The notes: generated by a model from the letters alone, not told the origin. A DNA stretch of 64,000 nucleotides from Pseudomonas sp. (GCA_035655415.1 DASRUM010000251.1:49342-113341), one strand, 5' to 3'. Numbered from the stretch's first letter, positions 29,626-40,688 are shown. Program-made: numbers and translations.

Positions 29626-32061
29626 TCAGCTCACCCCGTCAGGCTGCACGGCAGGCACGTCGCCCGACTTGGCAACGAAGAGTTTCTGCGGCATCAGAAA
29701 ATAGGCCAAAGCCGGCAGCAGGATCAGCGCGCCGAGCATGTTCATCAGGAACATAAAGGCCAGCAGGATGCCCATATCGGCCTGGAACTTGATCGGCGAG
29801 AACACCCAGGTGGCCACCGCAATCGCCAGGGTGATGCCGGTCAGTACCACCACCTTGCCGGTGAACAGCAGCGCCCGGTAGTAAGCCTCGGACAGCGAGT
29901 CGCCGGCACGCATGCGCGCCAGGATCACGCTCAGCACATAGAGCGCGTAATCGATGCCGATGCCCACACCGAGGGCGATTACCGGCAGGGTGGCGACCTT
30001 GACGCCCATGCCCAGGCCGACCATCAGCGCCTCGGCGAGGATCGAGGTGAGCATCAGTGGCAGGATCGCCACCAGCACCGCGCGCCAGCTGCGGAAGGTC
30101 ACCCAACACAGCAGGATCACCACGCCGTAGACCCAATAGAGCATTTCCTGCATGGCCTGCTCGACCACGATATTGGTCGCCGCCTCGATCCCGGCGCTGC
30201 CTGCGGCGAGCATAAACTTCACCTCCGGCAGCTGCTGCTCGGCGATAAAGGCTTCGCTGGTGGCCACTACCCGGCTCAGGGTTTCGGCCTTGTGGTCGGC
30301 AAGGTACACATACAGCGACAGCAGCGAGCAGCCCTGGTTGAACAGCTCGCGCGGCGCGCGGGTCTGTACCGCGCCGAGAGCACCGTCGTTGGGGGTCAGC
30401 TCGTACCACTTGAAGTTGCCTTCGTTGTAGCCGGCGGTGGCGATCTTGCTCAGCGCCGCCATGGAGTTGGTAGACTCCACGCCGGGCAGCTGCTCCAGCC
30501 GCCAGGCCAGTTGGTCTACCGCCGACAGGGTGCTGTAGCGCGTGCATTGATCCTCGGGGGTGCGGATCATCACCACAAAGATGTCGGAGCTGGCGGCGTA
30601 GTTGTCGTTCATAAACTGCACGTCGCGGTTGTAACGCGAGTCCGCGCGCAGCTCCGGTGCGCCGGGATCGAGATCGCCGATCTGCAGCTGGCTGGATACC
30701 TGGTTACCAAACACCGCCAACAGCAGGCCCACCAGCACGGCAGCGATGGCCCAGCTGCGGCTGGTAAAGCGGTCGAGCAGGCGCCATAGCGGATGGCGGG
30801 CCACGCCGGCGCGGTCGTCTTGCTCGGCATGTAGGCTGCGCTGCGCAGCCTTGGGGCTGACGCCGGTGTAACTCAAGAGCACCGGCAGCAGTACCAGGTT
30901 GGTCAGGATCAATACGGCCACGCCGATACTGGCGGTGATCGCCAGGTCCTGGATCACCTGGATCTCGATCACCATCAGCACGGCGAAACCCACCGCATCG
31001 CTGATCAGCGCGGTGAGGCCGGCGAGAAACAGGCGGCGAAAAGTCAGCCGGGCGGCGATCCAAGGCAGCATGCCGCGGCCGATGTCCTGCATGATGCCGT
31101 TCATCTTCTGCGAGCCGTGGCTCATGCCGATGGCGAACACCAGAAACGGCACCAGAATCGAGTACGGATCCAGCTCGTAGCCCATGGCCGCGAGCAGCCC
31201 GACCTGCCAGAGCACCCCGACCAGCGAACAGAGCACCACGACGAAGGTGCTGCGCACGCAGCGGGTGTACCAGAACAGCACGGCGACGGTTATCGCCACC
31301 GCGGCAACGAAGAACAACGCCACCTGCAGCAGCCCTTCGATCAAGTCACCGATCAGCTTGGTAAAGCCGGTGATATGGATGCGCACCTGCTCGTTCTGGT
31401 ACTTGTCGCGCAAGGCCTCCAGACGCCGCGAGAATTCGCCGGCATCCAGGGTTTTGCCGGTTTCCGGGTTGATCTCCAGCAGCGGCACGTAGATCACGCT
31501 GGACTTGAAGTTGGCGGCTACCAGTTGGCCAATCTCGCCGGAGCGGGCGACGTTGGTGCGCACCTCGTCCAGGCTTTCGGGCGTGCCGTCGTAGCTGCCG
31601 GGAATCACCGTGCCGCCGTCCAGACCGTCCTCGGTCACCGCGGTCCAGCGGGTGGTCGGCGTCCACAACGACTTCATATAAGGCTTGTCGACGCCCGGCA
31701 GCAGGTAGATCTCATCGTTGAGTTTGGCCAGGGTGTCGAGATATTCGGCGCTGAAGATATCGCCCTGCTCCGCCGTCACGGCGATGCGCAAGGCATTGCC
31801 CAGGCCGCTCAGCTCGCTGCGCTCGGCGAGGAAATTGACCACGAAGGGATGCTTGGTGGGGATGGTCTTTTCGTAGCTAGCGTTGATGCCGATGCTCGCG
31901 GCTTGCCAGCCGAGCACCAGGGTGGCCAACAGACATAGCAGGATCACCCAGGGCCGGTGGTTGAAGATCAGCCGCTCTACCCGGTTGCCCGAGGCGCGGT
32001 CGAAGTCTTGCAGGCTGCCGCTCAGGCTGTGCATGGCGCTCGACGGTTTTTCGTATTTCAC
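29626..32061 (-). CDS. RND/MMPL-family inner-membrane transporter (copy 2)
   Basis: Shares long blocks with copy 1 (LFWYTRCVRST, LVPFLVFAIGMSHG, ATLPVIALGVGIGIDYALYV, FSPIKFQADMG). Confidence 0.9.
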   Translation of the reverse strand: MKYEKPSSAMHSLSGSLQDFDRASGNRVERLIFNHRPWVILLCLLATLVLGWQAASIGINASYEKTIPTKHPFVVNFLAERSELSGLGNALRIAVTAEQGDIFSAEYLDTLAKLNDEIYLLPGVDKPYMKSLWTPTTRWTAVTEDGLDGGTVIPGSYDGTPESLDEVRTNVARSGEIGQLVAANFKSSVIYVPLLEINPETGKTLDAGEFSRRLEALRDKYQNEQVRIHITGFTKLIGDLIEGLLQVALFFVAAVAITVAVLFWYTRCVRSTFVVVLCSLVGVLWQVGLLAAMGYELDPYSILVPFLVFAIGMSHGSQKMNGIMQDIGRGMLPWIAARLTFRRLFLAGLTALISDAVGFAVLMVIEIQVIQDLAITASIGVAVLILTNLVLLPVLLSYTGVSPKAAQRSLHAEQDDRAGVARHPLWRLLDRFTSRSWAIAAVLVGLLLAVFGNQVSSQLQIGDLDPGAPELRADSRYNRDVQFMNDNYAASSDIFVVMIRTPEDQCTRYSTLSAVDQLAWRLEQLPGVESTNSMAALSKIATAGYNEGNFKWYELTPNDGALGAVQTRAPRELFNQGCSLLSLYVYLADHKAETLSRVVATSEAFIAEQQLPEVKFMLAAGSAGIEAATNIVVEQAMQEMLYWVYGVVILLCWVTFRSWRAVLVAILPLMLTSILAEALMVGLGMGVKVATLPVIALGVGIGIDYALYVLSVILARMRAGDSLSEAYYRALLFTGKVVVLTGITLAIAVATWVFSPIKFQADMGILLAFMFLMNMLGALILLPALAYFLMPQKLFVAKSGDVPAVQPDGVS

Positions 32062-32077
32062 ATCTGACTCCTAACGC

Positions 32078-33163
32078 TCAAGGGCGGGCCGAAGCCTGGA
32101 TTTCCTGGCGGGCGGACAAGCCGCCCAGACCGACGCTGGTCAGGCTGCCATCGGCCGCCTGTGCAACGGCGGCAACCGTAGCGCCCTGGTGGGTGCGGCG
32201 GTGCTCGAAGTGCAGGCCGCCATCGCCGCTGAGCAGCAATTCGCCGCTCTGGCTGGCCAGCAGCAAGCGACCGTCGCTTAGCTCAAGGCCTGCGGCCAGG
32301 GCCGACTCCACCCCGGTGTCCAACTGCTGCCAGCTGTCGCCGCGGTCACTCGACCACCAGGCGTTGCCGCGCAGGCCATAGGCCAGCAGGCCGCCGCTGC
32401 GGCTGGCCAGCAAACCGAAAAAGCTGCCCTCATAGGGCGATTCCAGCTTCTGAAACGACTGCCCAGCATCGCTGGAACGCAGCAGCAAACCGCGCTCGCC
32501 GGCGATAAACAGCTCGCCACCCTGGGCGCGAATGCCGTACAGGTTGAGGCCTTCGGGGTTTTCCACCTGGCCCATCCAGGCTTGCCAACTGGCGCCGCCA
32601 TCCGTGGTGCGCAGGATCAGGCCGTAGGCACCGACGATGTAGCCATGCTGACGGTCGCTGAAATACAGGTCGAGAAAGGGTTTGTCCGGGCCATCGGCGA
32701 CCAGCCATTCGGCGGCCTTGAGCAGCCTGGCGTCGTCGCCCTGCTGGGCCGAGGCCAGTGCCAACCGCGCGGCCTGAATGCCGTCCAGTTGTTTGTTCCA
32801 GGTCTCGCCGCCGTCCGCGCTGTGCAGCACCACGCCGAGGTGGCCCACCGCCCAGCCCTGTTCGGCATCGACAAATTGCACCGAGGTCAGGCTGACGCTG
32901 GCCGGTACCTGGGCTTGGCGCCAATTAGCCCCGGAATCGTCCGAGAGCAGAATGATGCCGCGCTCGCCAACCGCCACCAGACGTTCGCCGGCGCGAGTCA
33001 AGGCCAGCAGTACCGAGCGCGGGGCCTTGGCACTCTGTAGCGCCGGCTGGTCGAGTAAAGGAATCTTCGCGACGCCCGCCGACTGCGCCATCGCCCAACC
33101 GGGCAGCAGCAGCGCGCTCAATAGCAGGGGCAAAGCCCGTGTAAAGGAAAAAGTACCGATCAT
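32078..33163 (-). CDS. Ycf48-like BNR beta-propeller protein (copy 2)
   Basis: RAGERLVAVGERG, SDDSGANW, SADGGETW, TTDGGASW; signal peptide. Confidence 0.85.
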   Translation of the reverse strand: MIGTFSFTRALPLLLSALLLPGWAMAQSAGVAKIPLLDQPALQSAKAPRSVLLALTRAGERLVAVGERGIILLSDDSGANWRQAQVPASVSLTSVQFVDAEQGWAVGHLGVVLHSADGGETWNKQLDGIQAARLALASAQQGDDARLLKAAEWLVADGPDKPFLDLYFSDRQHGYIVGAYGLILRTTDGGASWQAWMGQVENPEGLNLYGIRAQGGELFIAGERGLLLRSSDAGQSFQKLESPYEGSFFGLLASRSGGLLAYGLRGNAWWSSDRGDSWQQLDTGVESALAAGLELSDGRLLLASQSGELLLSGDGGLHFEHRRTHQGATVAAVAQAADGSLTSVGLGGLSARQEIQASARP

Positions 33164-33238
33164 ATGCGCTCCAACCACTGCAGAAGAATTAGCCAAACAA
33201 CACGCCAGAGCCTTGGCCCCGGCGTGCCTGTGAGTGGC

Positions 33239-34600
33239 TTAGCGCATGCTGTCGCTGGCCATGGCATCAGGGGTGAAGAACGACGCCGACGGACGCGGGT
33301 AGTCCTGGTACTGCACCTTGAGGTCGTTGGCCGAGGCATTGAGGAAGTAGGCACCGGTCTCCAGGTTGTAGCTGCCCCACATGACGTTGGCGGTCAGCAC
33401 CGGCATTTCCGGCGCGAGCAGGGTCAGCGAGTAGTTATGCCGGCCCAACTTGCCCTGCGCGTCATAACCATCGATCAGCAGTACCTGCCAGGAGTCCTCG
33501 TCCACGTAGTAGGTGCGCTTGGGCACCACATGGCGCTTGCCGGCCTTAAGGGTGGCCTCGACTACCCACACGCGGTGCTTCTCCCAGCGCACCAGATCGG
33601 GGTTGAGAAAGCCCGGCTTGACCAGCTCGTCGCTGCTCGCCGCCGCGGCACGGTTGTTGTTGTAGGGCACCAGCAGTTCCTTCTTGCCCACCAGCTTGAG
33701 GTCGTGGCGGTCGGTCGGGCCGAAGATCATAAAGGCCTCGTCGAAGAAGCCGACGCCGGAGGTGACGAAGTCCGGGGTGTCGTAGGCAACGTTCGGCGCG
33801 CGGCGCACCCGGCGTTGGCCGACCAGATATTGCCAGGCGGCGCGTGCACTCGGGTCCATGTCCCAGTGGGTCATCAGGCCTTCACCGGCCTTGGACGATG
33901 GTTGCTCGGTGAGCAGCTTGCCGATCAGGTGCTTGCCGCCATAGGTCTCCAGACTGCCTTCCTTGAAGTAGTAAGGGTGCTGGTACCAGAAGCGCGCGCG
34001 GGTGGCTTGCAGCTTCTTGCCACCGGCGGTCATCAGCCAGGTGTCGAAGGGCACGTAGAAAGTATCGGCACCCTGCCAGGACAGGCGGTAGTTCCACAGC
34101 ACCTCGGCACCGTTCTGCGGTATCGGAAAGGGAATGCCGCCGTAAGCGCCGCTAACTTTTTCGGTGGCCTCTTCGAGGGTGGCGCGGGTGGCGTTCTGCA
34201 GGGTGTTGTCGTACACCCACTGCGGCGCGGCGGCGCTGCGATGGGTCGGGTAGACGTCCAGGCGGTAGTCCGGGTACTTCTTCAACAGCGCCTGAGTGCC
34301 TTCAGCCAACTGCTCGGCGTACTCGGCCATATTGCTCGCGCTGACCGAGAACAAAGGCTTGTCAGCGGCAAAGGGGTCGGCGCGTTTGTCGCCGCTCTTG
34401 TAGCCGGCCGGCACCTGGGTGTAGCCACCGGTCCATTCAGGGATGCTGCCGTCGGCATTGGCGGCGCGTTCAGCCCCCATAGGTGTGAGGTCGGCATTGA
34501 GGCGCGCGGCCTGATCCGGGGAGACCGCCGCATGGGCAAAACAGCTGCCCATCAGGGCTATCGTCAGGACAGAGAGACGCAAGGAAAGTTGGCTTTGCAT
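33239..34600 (-). CDS. DUF1329-family periplasmic protein (copy 2)
   Basis: LTPMGAERAANADGSIPEW, GIPFPIPQNGAE, GQRRVRR, RWEKHRVWVVEA. Confidence 0.88.
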   Translation of the reverse strand: MQSQLSLRLSVLTIALMGSCFAHAAVSPDQAARLNADLTPMGAERAANADGSIPEWTGGYTQVPAGYKSGDKRADPFAADKPLFSVSASNMAEYAEQLAEGTQALLKKYPDYRLDVYPTHRSAAAPQWVYDNTLQNATRATLEEATEKVSGAYGGIPFPIPQNGAEVLWNYRLSWQGADTFYVPFDTWLMTAGGKKLQATRARFWYQHPYYFKEGSLETYGGKHLIGKLLTEQPSSKAGEGLMTHWDMDPSARAAWQYLVGQRRVRRAPNVAYDTPDFVTSGVGFFDEAFMIFGPTDRHDLKLVGKKELLVPYNNNRAAAASSDELVKPGFLNPDLVRWEKHRVWVVEATLKAGKRHVVPKRTYYVDEDSWQVLLIDGYDAQGKLGRHNYSLTLLAPEMPVLTANVMWGSYNLETGAYFLNASANDLKVQYQDYPRPSASFFTPDAMASDSMR

Positions 34601-34618
34601 GGCGAATAAAACCTCTTA

Positions 34619-36265
34619 TTAGAATGTGGTTTTCACGTAGACGGAGACGAAATCGCGGTCGGCCAGCGACTGCGCATAGCTGAAATTGCCGTCCTCGCGC
34701 AGCCCAGCGCCCTTCTTGCCGAAGAAGTTCACGTAGTTGACGCCGAAGTCCCAGCGCTGCAGGTAGGTGGCCTTGAGCCCGACGCTCCAGTCGCCGGCGT
34801 GACTGTTGCCAAAACCGGACTTGCTTACCGCCGAGGAGCGCCCATCGAGCACCACACCCAGGCCCACCGGCACGCTCAGGTCGAGGCCGTCGACCACCTG
34901 AAAGTACGCCGGCTCGGCCAAAATGCGCAGCGCCGTGGCGTCGCGGGTGGTGTTGGAATCCAGCGCCGCACGGTTGTCGGTTACGCTCAAGGTGCGGTTC
35001 CAGGCCAACTCGGCGAGTACCGAACCGCCATCCCAGAGTGCATTGGGCGACAGCAGGTAGATGGTCGAGAGGTTGACGTGGGCCGTCTTGCCCTTGGCGT
35101 AGAGCGCGTCGTCGCTGTTGTCAGCCGCCACGCCGGGCAATACCACCTGCAGGTTGCTGACCAGCGGCGCATCCCAGCGGAGCGAGGCCTCACCGGCGAA
35201 GTTGAACGGCCCGGAAGCGGTGGAGAAGCTGACACCGAGGGTTTTGATATCTTCGGCAAACACCTGACGGTAGGAGCCGAGAATCGGCAAGCCGGTGGCC
35301 GCGAAGGCGGCACCGTCCAGATAGGCATAGAGGCCGCTGGGCGCCTTGTCATGATACTTGGCGGCATACAGGCCGAGTTCCAACTCGGTGCCCTCCGGCT
35401 TGTAGCGCAACTGCATGCCGCCCTGCCCGGAGTTCTTGGCTTCTATATCGCTGGCATGCACCGTCTCGTTGCCGAACACTTGGGTCCAGGAACCGGAACC
35501 TTCGCCAATGCCATCGTTATCGCTCAGGTAGCTACCCGCACCCGGCAACGCGGAGCGCTCCCACTCGAACTGGTAGTAGGCGCCGACCGACAGTTGCGGG
35601 TTGATCTGCAATTGCCCGGACACTTGATTGACCGGCCGCAGGATTTCCTTGAACTGGGTACCCGGCACGCTGAGTAGCTTGACGATATCGTTCGGGCCCT
35701 GGGCATTGGCGATGCCGTTACCACCGTAGAACAGGCTCTCGCCGTAAATCAGGCTGTGCCGACCGAGGCGCAGAGTACCCTGGCTCGACTCGCCTATATT
35801 GCCACGCACGAATACGAAGGCATCGAGAATCTCGGCGTCGCGGCCGTGCAGATCGCGGGTATCGTTGAGGAAGTCGCGCTGCAGGCTGCTGTCGGTGTTC
35901 TGGTTGTAGATATCGTCGTACCAGGCCGCCGCACTGAGGCGCAGACCATAATTTTCCCGACTCAGATCCATTTCACTGAACAGATCCAGGCGATTGGAGA
36001 CCAGGCCGCTACTGAAGTTGTTATCGCCCTGACTCTGGATATTCGGGTAGAGCCCGCCGGCAGTTGGCGAGTTGGTAATCTGGTCGTCGGCACCCTGCAG
36101 GCGCCAGGCCTGGCTGTACTTGATGGTGTTATCCCAGCGCAGCCGCCACTCACTATCGCCCAAGTCAAATTGCATGGCCTGAGTCTGGGAAGCCCAGCCG
36201 GCCAGACAAACCGATAACGCCAGGGCGGAACGCTTGAAGCCTGGGTAGCATCGAGAGTTGTGCAT
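34619..36265 (-). CDS. DUF1302-family outer-membrane beta-barrel (copy 2)
   Basis: RWDNTIKYS, YGESLFYG, DRDFVSVYVKTTF; ATG 36265 after AACAACAAAAACAATGAGG. Confidence 0.88.
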   Translation of the reverse strand: MHNSRCYPGFKRSALALSVCLAGWASQTQAMQFDLGDSEWRLRWDNTIKYSQAWRLQGADDQITNSPTAGGLYPNIQSQGDNNFSSGLVSNRLDLFSEMDLSRENYGLRLSAAAWYDDIYNQNTDSSLQRDFLNDTRDLHGRDAEILDAFVFVRGNIGESSQGTLRLGRHSLIYGESLFYGGNGIANAQGPNDIVKLLSVPGTQFKEILRPVNQVSGQLQINPQLSVGAYYQFEWERSALPGAGSYLSDNDGIGEGSGSWTQVFGNETVHASDIEAKNSGQGGMQLRYKPEGTELELGLYAAKYHDKAPSGLYAYLDGAAFAATGLPILGSYRQVFAEDIKTLGVSFSTASGPFNFAGEASLRWDAPLVSNLQVVLPGVAADNSDDALYAKGKTAHVNLSTIYLLSPNALWDGGSVLAELAWNRTLSVTDNRAALDSNTTRDATALRILAEPAYFQVVDGLDLSVPVGLGVVLDGRSSAVSKSGFGNSHAGDWSVGLKATYLQRWDFGVNYVNFFGKKGAGLREDGNFSYAQSLADRDFVSVYVKTTF

Positions 36266-36371
36266 GTTGTCCCTCATTGTTTTTGTTGTTGGAAGCATGT
36301 TTTGGGGTATCACCGTTCGCGCTAGCGAGCGGCAGTGTCTTGCACGCAATGCGTTGTCTGCGGCTCCTCGT

Positions 36372-37139
36372 TCAGATGTAGGTAGACGCCAGGCCGCCAT
36401 CCACAGGGATGTTCACGCCGTTAATCCAGCGCGACTCATCGGCACACAGGAAGGCAATTGCGGCCGCCACCTCGTCGGCGTAGGCAGGCCGTTTCATACG
36501 GTGAGCGTCGGCATCAATGCGCTCTTTACCGAGCATGCTGACGAAGTCACCGAGAATGGGGGTGAACACCGGGCCCGGTGCCACGCAGTTCATCCGCACC
36601 GAGGTCTGCATAAACCAGGGCTGAGCCTGCAGGTAGTTCCAGACGATCAAGGCCTCTTTGAAATACTGGTAGCAGCTCGCCTGGGGCACCGGGTTCTCAG
36701 CCAGCCAGGCCTGGCCATGGGCAAAACTCTCGGTGCTGGCCAGGGCCTTGTGCAGGTCCAAGCGCAGTGGCCATTCCGCGCCCAGGATCGAAGCCACATT
36801 GACGATGGCGCCGCCAGCACGGATGCGCGGCAGCACAGCCCCACAGAGATGGCGCAGGCCCAGGTAATTGACCTGAGCAACCAGCTGCGGATCGGCGGTG
36901 CCGGGGACCCCGGCGATATTGCACAGACCATCGACCTGCGCCGGCAGCTGCTGCACGGCGGCCTCGATGGCATCGGGATGACTCAAGTCGGCCTGGACGA
37001 AGCCATCCAGGGTCAGGCTGGGTTCGTTGCGGTCCACGCCTATAACGGTGGCACCATGGGCACGCAGGGTTCGGGCAGTTTCGGCGCCGATGCCCGAGGA
37101 GACCCCGGTCACGACTATCGTCTTATTGGTCAGCTTCAT
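36372..37139 (-). CDS. calA: Coniferyl alcohol dehydrogenase (SDR)
   Basis: 255 aa; MKLTNKTIVVTGVSSGIGAETAR...CYQYFKE...PVDGGLASTY closely matches Pseudomonas sp. HR199 CalA as recalled. Confidence 0.9.
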   Translation of the reverse strand: MKLTNKTIVVTGVSSGIGAETARTLRAHGATVIGVDRNEPSLTLDGFVQADLSHPDAIEAAVQQLPAQVDGLCNIAGVPGTADPQLVAQVNYLGLRHLCGAVLPRIRAGGAIVNVASILGAEWPLRLDLHKALASTESFAHGQAWLAENPVPQASCYQYFKEALIVWNYLQAQPWFMQTSVRMNCVAPGPVFTPILGDFVSMLGKERIDADAHRMKRPAYADEVAAAIAFLCADESRWINGVNIPVDGGLASTYI

Positions 37140-37212
37140 ACGGGTTTCCCGATTCGTGCTTGTGCTGCTGGCGCAGGGGCGGCGGCAGCCAAGGCATATT
37201 GTTATTGCCGAA

Positions 37213-37233
37213 ATAGTTAACGTCGGTAACTAG
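37213..37233. promoter_or_regulatory. Candidate MarR (FerR-type) operator at the calA promoter
   Basis: ATAGTTA-acgtcgg-TAACTAG, same GTTA-N7-TAAC form as the ech operator. Confidence 0.65.
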
Positions 37234-37237
37234 TTCT

Positions 37238-37253
37238 AGCAAGCGATATGCCA
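37238..37253 (-). promoter_or_regulatory. Sigma54 -24/-12 promoter of the calA operon
   Basis: Minus strand reads TGGCAT-ATCGC-TTGCT; divergent from a sigma54 activator. Confidence 0.85.
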
Positions 37254-37417
37254 GCTCGGCGCAATAATCAAACAACGCCTCTAGCTCGCATGTTTACGCC
37301 GAATATCAGGAAAATAGCCTGCTACAACCAGGCGAACTACGCTTTCAAAAAGTGATGATTTCAGCAAAATCATCCTGCACTATGCGGAATATGATTAATC
37401 CGATTAAGGGTTTTCCC

Positions 37418-39256
37418 ATGGCAGATAAGTTGATTTCCCTGGCCGAACTTTCCCGCGCCGCGCACAAGCCCTCCGCCCGCGGTGCCAGCGAACAGTTGCC
37501 TCCCGGCGCCGCACCGACCCTGCAGGATCTTGCTGAATCCCTACTGTTTAGCCCCAGTGACGGACGCATCTGGCTCAATGGCGCGCGCATGCTGCTGATG
37601 CACAGCAGTGGCATCGGCGCGCTGCGCCGCGAGCTGATCGAGAGCATGGGCCTGGCCCGCGCCCGCGGCATCATGCTGCGCACCGGCTATCACTGTGGCG
37701 CGCGGGATGCGGCACTGATCAGGGAACGCTTCCCCGAGGCCGACATCCTGGCCGTGTTCGCCGCTGGGCCGATCATCCATGGCCTCGAAGGTGCGGTGAA
37801 AGTCGAGCCGGTGCACTTCGAGTTCGACATGACCCTGGGCACCTATTACGGCGAATTCCTCTGGCATCACTCCAGCGAGGACGACGAACATATCGCCCAG
37901 TACGGCATCGGCACCGAGCCGGCCTGCTGGATGCAGACCGGCTACGCCACCGGTTACACCTCGGCAATGGTCGGCCGCCTGATCCTCTACCGCGAGGTCG
38001 AGTGCCGCTCCACCGGCGCCAATACCTGCCGCCTGATCGGCAAACCCGTGGAGGAATGGGACGACGCCGAGGAGGAACTGGCCGACCTTAACGCCGAACC
38101 CTTCGTCGGCAGCAGCGCCAGCGCGGCCGCAGTCAAACCCAGCGCAAAAAACGCCGACAAGGGCGCCTTGCCGAGCAATCTGCAAGCCGAGCCGACAGCG
38201 GCGCAGGACAGCGAGATGGTCGGCATCTCCTCGGCCTTCAATGCCGCCTGCCATATGTTGCGGCGAGTCGCGCCGACTCAGGCAACCGTGCTGTTTACCG
38301 GTGAATCCGGGGTCGGCAAGGAAATGTTCGCGCGCATGCTGCACCGCATCAGCCCGCGCCACGATGCGCCCTTCGTCGCCATCAACTGCGCCGCCATCCC
38401 GGAAAACCTGATGGAGTCGGAACTGTTCGGTGTCGAGCGCGGGGCCTTTACCGGCGCCACCCAGTCGCGCGCCGGACGCTTCGAACGCGCCGACGGCGGC
38501 ACCCTGTTCCTCGACGAGATAGCCACCCTCAGCCTGGTGGCCCAGGGCAAGCTGCTGCGCGCCCTGCAGGAAGGCGAGGTCGAGCGGGTTGGCGGCAGCC
38601 GCACGCTCAAAGTAGACGTACGGGTGGTCGCCGCGACCAACGTCGACCTGCGCGCCGCCGCCCAGCGTGGCGAGTTCCGCGAGGATCTGTTCTTCCGCCT
38701 CAACGTATTCCCGATCCACCTGCCGCCGCTGCGCGAACGCAAGGAGGATATCCCGCTGCTGATGACCCACTTCCTCCATCGCTTTACCCAGCGCCACGGC
38801 CGCCAGCTCAGCGGCTTTACCCCGCGCACCGCCGACACCCTGCTGGCCTACGACTTCCCCGGCAATATCCGCGAACTGCAGAACCTGGTGGAGCGCGGCG
38901 TAATCAGCGCCCCGGACGATGGGGCCATCGACCTGGCGCACCTGTTTACCAGCGGCGAACGCCTGGCCCATCCGATGTTCTCCATCGGCGTGCGCGGCCA
39001 GTTGGCCGCGGCCCCCCACGAGTCGCCTCCCACCCAACAGACCAGCAGCACGCCCCCAGCCCAGCAACCCGAAACCCTGCACGCCCTGCTCGGCGACAAG
39101 AACCTCAGCCAGCTGTCATTGCAGGAGGTCGAAGACGCGATGATCGACCACTGCATGGTCGAGGCCAAAGGCAACGTTTCCGAAGCCGCCCGCCGCCTGG
39201 GCCTGACCCGCGCACAACTGTCCTATCGCCTGTCTCGCCGGCCGGCGGGCGAGTAG
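37418..39256 (+). CDS. XylR/DmpR-family sigma54-dependent activator
   Basis: XylR-N/V4R (GRIWL...RMLL, PACW, EVEC), [26 protein letters not shown]-terminal Fis-type HTH. Confidence 0.93.
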   Translation: MADKLISLAELSRAAHKPSARGASEQLPPGAAPTLQDLAESLLFSPSDGRIWLNGARMLLMHSSGIGALRRELIESMGLARARGIMLRTGYHCGARDAALIRERFPEADILAVFAAGPIIHGLEGAVKVEPVHFEFDMTLGTYYGEFLWHHSSEDDEHIAQYGIGTEPACWMQTGYATGYTSAMVGRLILYREVECRSTGANTCRLIGKPVEEWDDAEEELADLNAEPFVGSSASAAAVKPSAKNADKGALPSNLQAEPTAAQDSEMVGISSAFNAACHMLRRVAPTQATVLFTGESGVGKEMFARMLHRISPRHDAPFVAINCAAIPENLMESELFGVERGAFTGATQSRAGRFERADGGTLFLDEIATLSLVAQGKLLRALQEGEVERVGGSRTLKVDVRVVAATNVDLRAAAQRGEFREDLFFRLNVFPIHLPPLRERKEDIPLLMTHFLHRFTQRHGRQLSGFTPRTADTLLAYDFPGNIRELQNLVERGVISAPDDGAIDLAHLFTSGERLAHPMFSIGVRGQLAAAPHESPPTQQTSSTPPAQQPETLHALLGDKNLSQLSLQEVEDAMIDHCMVEAKGNVSEAARRLGLTRAQLSYRLSRRPAGE

Positions 39257-39266
39257 CGAATCGACC

Positions 39267-39346
39267 GGTGCGCGCGGCGCACCCTACGGGAGGCTGTGCA
39301 GCCGTACTGAAACCCACCACGCCACGTAGGGTGCGCCATGCGCACC
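39267..39346. repeat. Pair of oppositely oriented REP elements
   Basis: GGTGCGCGCGGCGCACCCTAC (39267-39287) and GTAGGGTGCGCCATGCGCACC (39326-39346). Confidence 0.8.
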
Positions 39347-39399
39347 AGTCTTTCTCGCGTAAATCGCGCCAGGGGAATTGCTCGTCCTATCGCCATGAA

Positions 39400-39411
39400 A
39401 TTGGATCCATA
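39400..39411. promoter_or_regulatory. VanR operator (imperfect upstream copy)
   Basis: ATTGGATCCATA. Confidence 0.6.
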
Positions 39412-39560
39412 TAGGACAAGCCGCCCATCTCAAACATCCGCCAGGCACACCACGCAACGCTTAAAAACTAAATAGAACCGCTTAAATCGGCCGATAATCG
39501 ACCACAAAAACACCTGAACGCAGACTTTTGCTTTGACACCTAGGCACACCAACGAGAATC

Positions 39561-39572
39561 ATTGGATCCAAT
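39561..39572. promoter_or_regulatory. VanR operator (vanO)
   Basis: Perfect palindrome ATTGGATCCAAT, the known vanO sequence, just upstream of vanA. Confidence 0.85.
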
Positions 39573-39605
39573 AAAAACAACCAAGGCCCACTCAGGAGAG
39601 CCTCC

Positions 39606-40688
39606 ATGTTCCCGAAAAACACCTGGTATGTAGCCTGCACCCCGGACGAGATCGCCGAGAAACCCCTTGGCCGGCAGATCTGCGGGGAGAGAATTGCCTT
39701 CTATCGTGGGCCGCAAGGCAAGGTCGCGGCGGTCGAGGATTTCTGCCCGCACCGTGGCGCGCCGCTGTCCCTGGGTTTTGTCGAGGACGGCCAGCTGATT
39801 TGCGGCTACCACGGCCTCGCCATGGGTGCCAACGGCAAGACCGCGGCCATGCCAGGCCAGCGCGTGCGCGGCTTCCCCTGCATCCGCAGCTACCCAGTGG
39901 AAGAACGCTACGGCTTTATCTGGGTCTGGCCGGGCGATGCCGAGCAGGCCGACCCGGCGCTGATCCATCATCTGGAATGGGCCGACAGCCCGGACTGGGC
40001 CTATGGCGGCGGGCTGTTCCATATCAACTGCGACTACCGCCTGATGATCGACAACCTGATGGACCTGACCCACGAAACCTATGTGCACGCCTCCAGCATC
40101 GGTCAGAAGGAGATCGACGAGGTCGCCCCGGTGACCACGGTCGAGGGCGACAACGTGGTCACCAGCCGGCATATGCAGAACATTATGGCCCCGCCGTTCT
40201 GGCGCATGGCCCTGCGCGGTAACGGCCTGGCAGACGATGTGCCGGTGGACCGCTGGCAGATCTGCCGCTTTACCCCGCCCAGCCATGTGCTGATCGAAGT
40301 GGGCGTGGCCCATGCCGGCAAGGGCGGTTATGACGCAGCCCCAGCCGACAAGGCGGCGAGCATCGTGGTCGATTTCATCACCCCGGAAACCGAGACCTCG
40401 ATCTGGTATTTCTGGGGCATGGCGCGCAGCTTCAAGCCCGAAGACCAGGAACTCACCGACAGCATCCGCGAAGGCCAGGGCAAGATTTTTTCCGAGGACC
40501 TGCAGATGCTCGAGCAGCAACAGGCCAACCTGCTGGCCCACCCAGAGCGCCAGCTGCTCAAGCTGAATATCGATGCCGGCGGCGTGCAGTCGCGACGCAT
40601 CCTCGAACACCTGATCGCCCAGGAACGCGCGCCAGCCGCGACGCCCGAGCTGATCGTCAGCACCGCCGGTGCAAGGAGCGCCCCGTGA
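39606..40688 (+). CDS. vanA: Vanillate O-demethylase oxygenase subunit
   Basis: [15 protein letters not shown]...CGYHG Rieske motif, [13 protein letters not shown]. Confidence 0.96.
   Translation: MFPKNTWYVACTPDEIAEKPLGRQICGERIAFYRGPQGKVAAVEDFCPHRGAPLSLGFVEDGQLICGYHGLAMGANGKTAAMPGQRVRGFPCIRSYPVEERYGFIWVWPGDAEQADPALIHHLEWADSPDWAYGGGLFHINCDYRLMIDNLMDLTHETYVHASSIGQKEIDEVAPVTTVEGDNVVTSRHMQNIMAPPFWRMALRGNGLADDVPVDRWQICRFTPPSHVLIEVGVAHAGKGGYDAAPADKAASIVVDFITPETETSIWYFWGMARSFKPEDQELTDSIREGQGKIFSEDLQMLEQQQANLLAHPERQLLKLNIDAGGVQSRRILEHLIAQERAPAATPELIVSTAGARSAP

Noticed and set aside
37541-39082. 513-aa minus-strand ORF (similar shadows at 8876-10111, 14441-15820, 29401-30789, 33164-34609, 42037-43332, 48182-49492)
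   Set aside because: Each lies opposite a well-supported gene and has no recognisable domain.
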